64,000 bases of DNA from an uncultured delta proteobacterium (GCA_963796055.1 CAWCKH010000004.1:1600001-1664000); one strand, 5' to 3'. Counted from the stretch's first letter, positions 41,059 to 49,454 are shown. Numbers and translations: made by a program. Notes: generated from the letters alone by a model not told the origin.

Positions 41059-41457
41059 ATGCCCTTCATCCACGTCCGCTACTCCACCCCCGCCGAGCGT
41101 GATCTGCGTCAGCCCATCGCCGCCTTCGTCACCGAGACCACGGCCAGGGTGCTCGGGAAGAAGGCCGACCTCACCGCGGTCGCCGTCGAGCAGGTCCCGG
41201 CCGGCAACTGGTTCATCGCCGGGAAGTCCCTGGCCGAGCACCGCAAGGCCACCTTCTTCGTCGAGGCCCGGGTGACGCTCGGAACCAACGTCAAGGAGGA
41301 GAAGGCCGCCTACCTCCGCGAGGTCTTCCGGGGGATGGAGGCCCTCCTCGGCCCGGTCCACCCCGAGTCGTACGTCCACGTGCACGAGGCCACCGGCGAC
41401 GCGTACGGCTACGGGGGACTGTCCCAGGAGGCCCGCTGGCAGCGGGCCAACGGCTAG
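41059..41457 (+). CDS. 4-oxalocrotonate tautomerase-family protein (fused double beta-alpha-beta)
   Basis: SD AGGAG. Starts M-P (catalytic Pro-1). LGKK..LT.V.VE...W.IAG, GTN..EEKA, YGYGG. Confidence 0.88.
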   Translation: MPFIHVRYSTPAERDLRQPIAAFVTETTARVLGKKADLTAVAVEQVPAGNWFIAGKSLAEHRKATFFVEARVTLGTNVKEEKAAYLREVFRGMEALLGPVHPESYVHVHEATGDAYGYGGLSQEARWQRANG

Positions 41458-41556
41458 GTCAGGGCGTCCGCAGTCGAGATCCGGGTCAGGGTGTCGTCAG
41501 GTGGGCTGCAGTCGGCGAGGTCCGGGCGGCCGCGGTCAGCTATGCCCTACAGGCTC
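41458..41556. mobile_element. Non-autonomous miniature element related to the IS1182 at 57.5 kb, flanked by CTAG
   Basis: Ends in CTATGCCCTACAGGCTC (16/17 identical to the IS right IR). CTAG at 41454-57 and 41557-60. Confidence 0.7.
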
Positions 41557-41591
41557 CTAGGCTGGCTCGGGTCCTCGTCTCGCGTGCGGTG

Positions 41592-42917
41592 TCAGCCGGT
41601 GGCGGCAACCGGAGCGGGCGCTCGCAAGGGCTCGGCGACTTCCCGTGGAGGCCGCAGCTCCCGCTCCAGCGCGACCGAGCGGAAGTAGTCGCAGGCGGGA
41701 GTCGCCCGCCGCTCCAGGGTGGCGAAATCCACGTGGTAGAGGCCGAAGCGGGGGCCCCAGCCCTCGAGCCACTCGAAGTTGTCGAGGAGCGACCAGTAGA
41801 GGTAGCCCCGCACGTCGATGCCCGCGGTCCGCGCCTGGAGCACCGAGGCCCAGTGCCTCCACAGGAACTCGCTCCGGCGGTCGCCCACCCGGTCATCGAT
41901 GCCGTTCTCGGTCACCCAGACCGGCAACCCGTAGCGACGGGTGGAGAGCAGCACCTGGGCGAAGCCCTCGGGGAAGAACTCCCAGCCGATGTCGGTCAGC
42001 CCGCGGTGGAGCGGGTCGCGGTAGTTGAACTCGACGTACGGCGCGCGCCGGACGAAGCGGAGGTGGGCGCGCGTGTAGTAGTTGACGCCCACGAAATCGA
42101 GGCTGTCCCGCGCGCCCTCGAGCGTCTGGCGGGTGGTGAAGAGTCCCGGCATGAACATCCGCAGCTCGCCGGTCACCAGCGCCTCGAGGAAGGTGTGGTT
42201 GTAGGCCTCGTCAGCGAGGCGGACCAGCGCGTGGTCCATCGGGTTCCAGGCACGATCGGCGGAGAAGGCCAGCATGTTCTGGCTGGTGCCGATGGGGAGC
42301 TTGCCGGCGTGGGTGAGCAGCTCCTCGCGGGCCGCCGCGTGGGCCCGCCCGATGTTGCCCAGGGCCAGCATGGCCAGCTTTGGGTCGGCGATGCCCGGAG
42401 GGATGGAAGCCTGCACGTACCCCCCCAGCAGCAGCACCATCGGCTCGTTGAAGGTGAGCACCACCGCGTCCAGACCCCGCAGCACCTCGGCGCAAGCTCG
42501 GGCATAGCGGCGGAAGGCGGCCACGCTCTCCGGGCGATGCCACGGCGTCTCGCGGTGGAACCAGGCCGGGTGCGTGAAGTGGTGCAACGTCACCACCGGC
42601 CGCAGCCCCACCTCGGTCATCGCCACCAGACGCCGGCGGTAACCGTCGAGCGCGTTCTCGTCGAGCCTGCCGCGCTGTGGCTCGATGCGTGCCCACTCCA
42701 GGCTCATCCGGAAGGCAGTGGCGCCGAGATCGCGGGTGAGCCGGTAGTCCTCGCTCCAGCGGTTCCAGTGGTCCACGCCCGCGCCGGCGACGTGCTTCAT
42801 CCTTCCGGCGCGCTCCCACTCGCTCCAGTCGTTCTCGATGTGCCCCTCGACCTGGTACGCGGCGGTGGCGACGCCGAAGACGAAGTCGGATGGGAAGCGA
42901 GGTGGAGGCGCGTTCAT
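41592..42917 (-). CDS. Glycoside hydrolase family 1 (beta-glucosidase)
   Basis: FVFGVATAAYQVEG, TLHHF, TFNEP (acid/base), VTENG (nucleophile), WSLLDNFEW. Confidence 0.94.
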   Translation of the reverse strand: MNAPPPRFPSDFVFGVATAAYQVEGHIENDWSEWERAGRMKHVAGAGVDHWNRWSEDYRLTRDLGATAFRMSLEWARIEPQRGRLDENALDGYRRRLVAMTEVGLRPVVTLHHFTHPAWFHRETPWHRPESVAAFRRYARACAEVLRGLDAVVLTFNEPMVLLLGGYVQASIPPGIADPKLAMLALGNIGRAHAAAREELLTHAGKLPIGTSQNMLAFSADRAWNPMDHALVRLADEAYNHTFLEALVTGELRMFMPGLFTTRQTLEGARDSLDFVGVNYYTRAHLRFVRRAPYVEFNYRDPLHRGLTDIGWEFFPEGFAQVLLSTRRYGLPVWVTENGIDDRVGDRRSEFLWRHWASVLQARTAGIDVRGYLYWSLLDNFEWLEGWGPRFGLYHVDFATLERRATPACDYFRSVALERELRPPREVAEPLRAPAPVAATG

Positions 42918-42987
42918 CGCGGGCGAGGAAGAGCGACCCTAACAGCGTGCGTGCGTCGTCGTTGAGTCCGACGTCCCGGTCGATTCG

Positions 42988-43017
42988 TTGACATGGGGGC
43001 GCTCAGGTCACTACCAT
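42988..43017 (+). promoter_or_regulatory. Sigma70-like promoter of the basic micro-ORF
   Basis: TTGACA (42988-42993), 18-nt spacer, TACCAT (43012-43017). Confidence 0.65.
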
Positions 43018-43072
43018 CCGTGTTCACTCACTCGGCCCGAGTGACGAACACACACCCCGGAGGGATCCACTG

Positions 43073-43153
43073 ATGGCGCCGAAGAAGAAGACCGCGAAGA
43101 AGAAGCCGGCTGCGAAGAAGGCTGCGAAGAGGAAGACGTCGAAGAGAAGGTAG
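43073..43153 (+). CDS. 26-aa Lys/Arg-rich microprotein or leader peptide (MAPKKKTAKKKPAAKKAAKRKTSKRR)
   Basis: SD GGAGG at 43059-43063, ATG 43073, TAG 43151-53, upstream promoter and downstream terminator. Below the ORF-track size cutoff. Confidence 0.75.
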   Translation: MAPKKKTAKKKPAAKKAAKRKTSKRR

Positions 43154-43179
43154 CGGTCACTCTCCTCCGGGAGAAACGG

Positions 43180-43213
43180 ACGGCTCGGCGATTCGCCGGG
43201 CCGTTTCGCTTTT
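43180..43213 (+). terminator. Intrinsic terminator between the micro-ORF and rqcH
   Basis: ACGGCTCGGCG-ATT-CGCCGGGCCGT stem (one G-U) followed by TTCGCTTTT. Confidence 0.7.
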
Positions 43214-43227
43214 CAGGGGTTCCCCAC

Positions 43228-44634
43228 CTGTCGCTCAGACCCACCGAGCTGCGAGACGTGGCCACGGCGCTCGAGCCCGAGCTCGCCGGGGCCGTGGTGC
43301 AGAAGGTCCGCGCACCCTGGCCCGAGCGGCTGGAGCTGGAGCTGCGCCAGCCGGGCAGGACGGTTCGCCTGCTCCTCAGCGTCGAGTCTGGGCTGGCAAG
43401 GCTCTCGGTCATCGAAGCGCGGAGGCCCTCCACGTCTGACACCGTTCCCTCCCCGTGGTTGCTCCGGGCCCGCAAGGAGCTGACCGGTCGCCGACTGTCA
43501 TCCATTCGCTTCACCGGCGCCAGGCAAGTCCGCCTGGGCTTCGAGAAGGGGGGCACGGCGCGCGCGCTGATGGCCGAGCTGGGCTCGCCGGGAGCGCTGC
43601 TCCTGCTCGGAGACGCGGACGTGCCGCTGGCCGCCTCGCACGGGCCGCCGAGGGCTCCCGCGCCTCCCGGCGAGCTGGTGGACGAGGGCGGCCCTCCTTC
43701 ACGCCTCGGCGGAGCGCGCGGGCTCGATGCCGGTCGCGCAGCCGAGGCGCTGGTGGCCGCGCGCGAGTCGGCGGTGCGCCTCGAGGCCCTGCAGCGCGCG
43801 CGCATCCAGCCCATCCGCTCCGCCCTCCAGCGCCTCCGTCGGACCCGGGCCAAGGTGGAGGCCGAGGCGAACCGCGACGCCCTGGCCGAGGAGCACCGGC
43901 GGTGGGGTGAGCTCCTCTCGCGGGCCCTCGACGGGATCCCGCGCGGGGCCCGCTCGGTGCGGTTGACCGAGTGGACCGAGCTGGGCCCGCGCGAGGTGGA
44001 GGTACCGCTGGAGCCAACGCTCGCTCCACGGGCGCAGGTGGAGCGCCACTTCCACCAGTACCGCCGCCTGCTGCGCGGGAGCGCCCTGGCCCGGGAGCGG
44101 CTCGCCGCACTGGACCGGGAGATCGCCGAGGCCGAGCGGGCCCTCGCCGAGGCCGAGGCCAGCACTGCCGCCGAGGTGGAGATACCGGTCGCCCCCGTCC
44201 CGGTGCGGCCTCCTCCTCGCAAGCGCCCGTCGCCGGCACACCGCCCGTACCGGACTTTCCGGACGGCCGGCGGACAGCCGATCTGGGTGGGCCGGGCGGG
44301 CGAGGACAACGCGGCGCTCACCTTCCAGGTGGCCCGCCCGCATCACCTATGGATGCATGCCCGTGGCGTCCCCGGGGCGCACGTGGTGGTGCCGCTGGAC
44401 CGGGGAGCGGACGTCGAACAGGAGACGTTGCTCGACGCCGCGCACCTCGCGCTCCACTTCTCGCGCCTGGCGGGAGAGCCTCGGGGCGAGGTGGCCTGGA
44501 CGCGGGCCCGGCTGGTCAAGCGGGTGAAGGGCGGCGCGCCCGGGCAGGTGACGTACACCGGAGAGAAGGTGCTCGGGGTGCGGATGGAGCCGGCCCGGCT
44601 CGAGCGTCTCCTCCGCTCGCGCGAAGAGCCGTGA
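43228..44634 (+). CDS. rqcH: RqcH/NFACT (Rqc2/FbpA) ribosome quality-control protein
   Basis: NFACT-N (GAVVQKV..P....L.L), coiled coils with GELL...AQ..F..YRR, NFACT-R IWVGR..EDN..LT...WMHARGVPGAHVV. Start is either CTG 43228 (AGGGG 8 nt upstream) or GTG 43258. Confidence 0.82.
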   Translation: MSLRPTELRDVATALEPELAGAVVQKVRAPWPERLELELRQPGRTVRLLLSVESGLARLSVIEARRPSTSDTVPSPWLLRARKELTGRRLSSIRFTGARQVRLGFEKGGTARALMAELGSPGALLLLGDADVPLAASHGPPRAPAPPGELVDEGGPPSRLGGARGLDAGRAAEALVAARESAVRLEALQRARIQPIRSALQRLRRTRAKVEAEANRDALAEEHRRWGELLSRALDGIPRGARSVRLTEWTELGPREVEVPLEPTLAPRAQVERHFHQYRRLLRGSALARERLAALDREIAEAERALAEAEASTAAEVEIPVAPVPVRPPPRKRPSPAHRPYRTFRTAGGQPIWVGRAGEDNAALTFQVARPHHLWMHARGVPGAHVVVPLDRGADVEQETLLDAAHLALHFSRLAGEPRGEVAWTRARLVKRVKGGAPGQVTYTGEKVLGVRMEPARLERLLRSREEP

Positions 44635-44767
44635 CTCAGGGCGCACGGGACTGAACCTCGCCTGGCTCGCACCATCCCCGACAACTGAAAGACGTTCATC
44701 AAATCTTCACTGCCGTCGATCGCACTGGATCAGAGAGCAGCTTCACGACATTGCACCGAGAAAAGAC

Positions 44768-44870
44768 TTGAGCAGAGGAAAAGAATTCGATGACATCATC
44801 GTTGGAGCAGGCTCTGCGTGCTCGCGGCTCGCCTCAGTGAAGATCCGGATGTCCGCGTGGCACTGGTCCC
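44768..44870 (+). pseudogene. N-terminal remnant of a GMC (choline dehydrogenase-like) oxidoreductase
   Basis: EFDDIIVGAGSA, frameshift, then VLAARLSEDPDVRVALV. This matches the GMC FAD-binding start (DYIIVGAGSAGCVLAARLSED). The rest of the gene is absent. Confidence 0.75.
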
Positions 44871-44954
44871 GCGACCTCGCCGAGGGTCAGCCGCTGGGGA
44901 TCGAGCGACCCGTCGGCGCCGCGTTCCTCGAGCCGTGACGCCGGGCACAGCCCA

Positions 44955-46097
44955 CTACCGCGGCTTGCCGAGCACCGGCGACCGGGGCGGCACCGGGGTC
45001 CGCTCCTCGACCGCCGGCCTGGACTCGGCCAACGCGGCAGGGTGCTCCGTCGCCGCGGCCTCCGCGGCCAGACGCTGGCGCCGGGCGGCGTGGAGCTCCC
45101 GGACGACGATGTGGGCGAGGGCAATGGCGGGCACCGCCACCACCGCACCGGCGATCCCCAGCAGCTCGGCGAGGAAGAGGATCCCCAGCAGCGTGACCAG
45201 CGGGTCGAGGTGCACCGTGCGGCGGAAGACGAAGGGCCCGAGGACGTTCCCCTCCAGCTGCCCATAGAGCAGGAAGTAGCCGAGGGTGATGAGTCCCTTG
45301 ACCACTCCGCCGGTGATCAGCGTCACCAGGGTGATGAATCCACCGGTGAGGATCGGCCCCGCGTAGGGCACCAGGCTGGAGAAGCCACTCAGCAGCCCCA
45401 GCGGCAGGAAGTAGGGCGTACCGATCAACGCCAGCGCCGTCGTGGTGCAGGTGGCGTTGATCGAGCAGATGAAGAGCACCCCCCCGAGGTACCCGCCCAC
45501 GGCCCGGTACGACTTGGCGAGCACGTCCTCCCACCGCGGCCGATCGTTCGCCCGTACCAGCGCAAGGAGCCGCTGCACCAGCCCTCCTCCGAACACCAGC
45601 ATGAACACCGTGAGAGTGAGCACGGTGACGAAGCCGGCGATGGCGCTCAGCGCCGAGGTGACCGCGGAGAGGATGGGATTCACCGCGGTCTGGGCCACGC
45701 CGAAGGCGCCCGACAGCGCATCCTTCAACCGGTCCTCGAGGCCGAACCGCGCATTCCAGCTCTGGAAGCGAGACGACTGTCGGAGGTTGGCGAGCATCCG
45801 GGGGAACGAGGCGATGAAGTCCCGGAGCTGGTGGACGGCGGTGGGGACCACCAGGAGCATCAGGCCAATCAGCAGCAGGACGACCGCCAGGGTGGTGAGG
45901 GCGATGGCCCACCCGCGCCGAATCCCCCGCCTCTCCATCCTCCGCACCACGTGGTCCAGCGCGATGGCCAGCATCATCGCGCCGATGGTGAGGGTGAGCG
46001 CCAGCCGGGTCTCGAGGACGAACAGCACCAGCGCCGCGGTGGCCACCACCGCGAAGCAGACGGTGAATGCCGTCCTCAGTGTCACCTGCGAGCGCAC
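44955..46097 (-). CDS. AI-2E family transporter
   Basis: About 8 TMs, VPYAGP, QLEGNVLGP, LDPLVTL, LGIAGAVVAVP. Confidence 0.88.
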   Translation of the reverse strand: MRSQVTLRTAFTVCFAVVATAALVLFVLETRLALTLTIGAMMLAIALDHVVRRMERRGIRRGWAIALTTLAVVLLLIGLMLLVVPTAVHQLRDFIASFPRMLANLRQSSRFQSWNARFGLEDRLKDALSGAFGVAQTAVNPILSAVTSALSAIAGFVTVLTLTVFMLVFGGGLVQRLLALVRANDRPRWEDVLAKSYRAVGGYLGGVLFICSINATCTTTALALIGTPYFLPLGLLSGFSSLVPYAGPILTGGFITLVTLITGGVVKGLITLGYFLLYGQLEGNVLGPFVFRRTVHLDPLVTLLGILFLAELLGIAGAVVAVPAIALAHIVVRELHAARRQRLAAEAAATEHPAALAESRPAVEERTPVPPRSPVLGKPR

Positions 46098-46118
46098 GGG
46101 GGTAACCTTGCTCCACTG

Positions 46119-46766
46119 ATGCCCGCTGGCAAGGACCGCTCGCCGTGCGCCCGCTGCGCCCGGACGCTGGGACGCTCGTGCTGCCAGCCCGGCCCCGGCG
46201 AGCGGCTGGCCACGCTGACCGCGACCGACGTGGAACGGATCCAGACCGCGACCGGCTGGAGGCGCGAGCGCTTCGTCGAGCACGAGCCGCTCTCACCCGA
46301 GGAGTCGCTGGCCTACGAGGCGCGGCGGCCGGGCTACCGGGGGTACTTCCGGCGAACGGTGGTTCGCTGGGGTCTCCGGGCGGAGAGCGGTGCCTGCGTG
46401 TTCCTCGGGCCGGGTGGCTGCTCGCTCGATCCTGCGACTCGCCCCACCGCCTGCCGGCTCTATCCGTTCGAGCCGGCCGAGCACGGATGGACGATCGCCG
46501 TCGAGCGCTCCGGCTCTCCTGAGCGCGCGGCGGCCAGCGCCGAGCCGCGCTGCCTCGCGGCCGAGGAGGCCCGGAGCAGGGGAGGGCTCCTCCGCAGCTT
46601 CGCGCTCGATGTCGAGGGCTTGACTGCGCTGATCGATCGCTTGCGGGCCGAGGTGGAGGCCCACCCGGAACCGATCGACTCCGTCAAGCAGCGCGCACCC
46701 CGCACCGTCGCCGGGAGGGCGGAAGGCGAGCGCCTCGCTCGCTCGCGCCGGGCGCGGCTGCGGTAG
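46119..46766 (+). CDS. YkgJ family (CxxCxxxCC) cysteine-cluster protein
   Basis: CARCARTLGRSCC, CVFL...GC, RPTACRLYPF. Confidence 0.85.
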   Translation: MPAGKDRSPCARCARTLGRSCCQPGPGERLATLTATDVERIQTATGWRRERFVEHEPLSPEESLAYEARRPGYRGYFRRTVVRWGLRAESGACVFLGPGGCSLDPATRPTACRLYPFEPAEHGWTIAVERSGSPERAAASAEPRCLAAEEARSRGGLLRSFALDVEGLTALIDRLRAEVEAHPEPIDSVKQRAPRTVAGRAEGERLARSRRARLR

Positions 46767-46785
46767 AGTCCTCCTCGCCAGTCCC

Positions 46786-47541
46786 GTGAGCGATTCGTCA
46801 CCTCGTCAGCTTCTCCTGTTCGATCCTCAGGTGCGCGCCCGCGCCCGGGTGCCCGCCCGCGAGGTCGCGGTGCACAAGGCCGCCTCGCTCGCCCAGCACC
46901 TCGCCCGTGATCTCGGGATGCCGGTCCGCCTGTCGGTCACCGACAACCGGAGCACGATGATCAGCTTCCGGCGTGCTCCCTCGGCGCTGCGGCTCCGGCT
47001 TCACCACATGTTCCTCGACGCACCGGGGCCGGTGGTCCAGGCGGTGGCCGACTACGCGGGCCGCGGACGGCCGGGGGCGGGCCGGGTGCTGGACGAGTTC
47101 ATCAAGCGCGAGCAGCCGCGGATCCGCCAGGAGCGCGACGCCTCCGATGAGCGCTTCTCGCCCGAGGGGCGCTTCTTCCACCTCGAGGAGATCCGCGACA
47201 CCCTGAACGAGCGCTTCTTCCAGGGCGGGGTGCGGGCGAGCATCGGCTGGGGGCGGGTCCCGGGACGCCGGCGGCGGAAATCGATCCGCCTCGGCGTCTA
47301 CGACCACCAGACCCGGGAGATCCGCATCCACCCGGCCCTGGACCATCCCGAGGTGCCGCGGTTCTTCGTGGAGTTCATCGTCTTCCACGAGATGCTCCAC
47401 CAGCTGTTTCCCAGCTCGAACGGGCCGGGTCGCCGGGTCCACCACCCGCGCGCCTTCCGCGACCGCGAGCGCGCCTTCCCTCTGTACGAGGCGGCCATCG
47501 TCTGGGAGCGCGAGAACCTGCGCGCCCTCCTCCAGCGTTAG
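46786..47541 (+). CDS. SprT-like zinc metalloprotease
   Basis: LNERFF, RLG.Y, IRIHPAL, HEMLH, then H...F. Confidence 0.75.
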   Translation: MSDSSPRQLLLFDPQVRARARVPAREVAVHKAASLAQHLARDLGMPVRLSVTDNRSTMISFRRAPSALRLRLHHMFLDAPGPVVQAVADYAGRGRPGAGRVLDEFIKREQPRIRQERDASDERFSPEGRFFHLEEIRDTLNERFFQGGVRASIGWGRVPGRRRRKSIRLGVYDHQTREIRIHPALDHPEVPRFFVEFIVFHEMLHQLFPSSNGPGRRVHHPRAFRDRERAFPLYEAAIVWERENLRALLQR

Positions 47542-47548
47542 GGCCACC

Positions 47549-48976
47549 ATGAGACGCGCCAAGATCGTCTGTACCCTCGGGCCCGCATCGTTGAAGCCCG
47601 AGGTCCTCGAGGAGCTGCTGAACGCGGGGATGGACGTGGCCCGGGTGAACTTCAGTCACGGGAGCCACGCCCAGCACGCGCAGACGCTGTCGATGCTCCG
47701 CACCGCGTCGTTGAAGGTCCGCAAGGCGGTTGGCGTGCTGGGGGACCTCCAGGGACCGAAGATCCGGACCGGCAAGCTGGTGGAAGGGAAGGTGGAGCTG
47801 GTCCCCGGAGAAAGCTTCTCCATCACCACCGACGAGTCGGTGCCCGGGACGGCTGAGCTCGTCTCCACCACCTATCCCTTCCTCGCCTCGGACGTGAACC
47901 CTGGCGACCGCATCCTGCTCGACGACGGCCTCCTCGAGCTGCGGGTGCTGGAGACGGACAAGAAGCAGCTGGTCCGCACCGAGGTGGTGCACGGCGGCAC
48001 GCTGAAGAACAACAAGGGGATCAACCTCCCCGGAGTGGCGCTGCGCGCCGAGGCGCTGACCCCCAAGGACCGGGACGATCTGGTCTTCGGCATCAAGGCC
48101 GGGGTGGACTACATCGCGCTGTCCTTCGTCCGTCAGCCGAGCGACCTGGACCAGGCGCGGGCGGCGATGGCCGAGGCGGGCCGCCAGGTTCCGATCATCG
48201 CCAAGCTGGAGAAACCGGAGGCGATCGCCCGGCTGGACGCGATCCTGGAAAAGTCCGACGGGGTGATGGTGGCCCGTGGGGACCTCGGGGTGGAGCTTCC
48301 GCCCGAGGAGGTTCCGGCGATCCAGAAGGACATCATCCGCCGGGCGAACCTCCGTGGTCTTCCGGTCATCGTGGCCACCCAGATGCTGAACTCGATGATC
48401 GAGCACCCGCGGCCCACACGCGCCGAGGCCTCGGACGTGGCGAACGCGGTCTACGACGGCGCGGATGCGCTGATGCTCTCCGGGGAGACCGCCTCGGGCA
48501 GCTACCCGGTGGAGGCAGTGCGGATGATGGAGCGCATCATCCTCGCCGCCGAGAGCGCGGCCCGGACGCACGGCAAGGCGCCGGCGCGGATCGGCGGGGT
48601 GACCTTCCCGGCGTCGTTCCCGGACGTGATCGCCGGCGTGGCCTGCGAGGCCGCGCGGGCTGCGGGCGCGGTGGTCATTGCCGCCTTCACTCTCTCCGGC
48701 CGCACCGCGGGGCTGCTCAGCCACTACCGCCCGCACGTGCCGATCGTCGCCTTCTCGCCGAACCAGGAGGTGCGGCGGAAGCTCTCGCTCCTCTGGGGCG
48801 TGGTGCCACGGGTGCTCGAGCCGGTGGACCGGACCGAGGAGATGGTTCGCCGGGTCGAGGAGGAGCTGCTCAGCCGCGGCCTCGCCCACCGTGGGGACCG
48901 GGTGGTGATCGTCTACGGCGCGCCGGTCGGGCAGCCGGGGAAGATCAACAGCATGCGGCTGCACGAGATCGCCTGA
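47549..48976 (+). CDS. pyk: Pyruvate kinase
   Basis: KIVCTLGPAS, RVNFSHG, DLQGPKIR, AKLEK, MVARGDLGVE, ATQML.SM, MLSGETA. Confidence 0.97.
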   Translation: MRRAKIVCTLGPASLKPEVLEELLNAGMDVARVNFSHGSHAQHAQTLSMLRTASLKVRKAVGVLGDLQGPKIRTGKLVEGKVELVPGESFSITTDESVPGTAELVSTTYPFLASDVNPGDRILLDDGLLELRVLETDKKQLVRTEVVHGGTLKNNKGINLPGVALRAEALTPKDRDDLVFGIKAGVDYIALSFVRQPSDLDQARAAMAEAGRQVPIIAKLEKPEAIARLDAILEKSDGVMVARGDLGVELPPEEVPAIQKDIIRRANLRGLPVIVATQMLNSMIEHPRPTRAEASDVANAVYDGADALMLSGETASGSYPVEAVRMMERIILAAESAARTHGKAPARIGGVTFPASFPDVIAGVACEAARAAGAVVIAAFTLSGRTAGLLSHYRPHVPIVAFSPNQEVRRKLSLLWGVVPRVLEPVDRTEEMVRRVEEELLSRGLAHRGDRVVIVYGAPVGQPGKINSMRLHEIA

Positions 48977-49003
48977 GTCTGGCACAGGTCTCTGAAGAGG
49001 CGC

Positions 49004-49444
49004 TCAGCCGGACCGAGGGGGGCGCTTGAGCGTCCGCCGAGTTCCCGCGCGGGGGCTGGCCTTCCGTCGCCCGGAGGGCTTCTCCGGCGCGGGCCCCTGG
49101 CCCTGCACCACGGCCCACAGCCGCTTCGGGGCGATGAGACGGTAGCTCTCGTGCACCAGGGCGCGGACCTCGTCCCAGTCTCGAACGCCCTTCACGTCCA
49201 TGCTGATCCAGCCGTGCGCTCCGACGTATGGCGCTCGGGTGAACCGCGGGTCGAGGATTGCCGCATCCGCGTGCTCGCGCTCGAGCTTGAACCCCAGGGT
49301 GAACGTGCCGCCGTGGTCGCCGAACCCGGCGAAGATCTTTCCCCGTACCCGGAAGTGCGGCTGGCCCCAGGTCATGGTCTCGGTCACCTCGGGGAGGGAG
49401 AGGCAGATGCGGCGCATCTCGGTGAGCGGACTGGAGCGCGGCAT
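49004..49444 (-). CDS. MmcQ/YjbR family protein
   Basis: ICLSLPEVTE...WG.P.FRVRGKIFA, APYVG.HGW, LVHESYRLIAPK. Confidence 0.85.
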   Translation of the reverse strand: MPRSSPLTEMRRICLSLPEVTETMTWGQPHFRVRGKIFAGFGDHGGTFTLGFKLEREHADAAILDPRFTRAPYVGAHGWISMDVKGVRDWDEVRALVHESYRLIAPKRLWAVVQGQGPAPEKPSGRRKASPRAGTRRTLKRPPRSG

Positions 49445-49454
49445 GGTCTCTCCG

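Noticed and set aside
41458..41556. Mini-CRISPR interpretation of the internal GGTCAGGG/GCAGTC repeats
   Set aside because: The repeats are degenerate, irregularly spaced and lack spacers. The IS-end match explains them better.
43011..43227. Acidic + strand frame (EEEDREEEAGCEEGCEEEDVEEK) as an N-terminal extension of rqcH
   Set aside because: It is open in the rqcH frame but has no evident SD/start, spans the terminator, and is simply the shifted reading of the AAG-rich micro-ORF, which does have SD, ATG and stop. A frameshift-readthrough fusion cannot be strictly excluded.
12212..44634. rtcB, ygfZ, SUI1, dusB and rqcH as one translation-repair island
   Set aside because: They are spread over more than 30 kb among unrelated genes on both strands, consistent with ordinary chromosome content.
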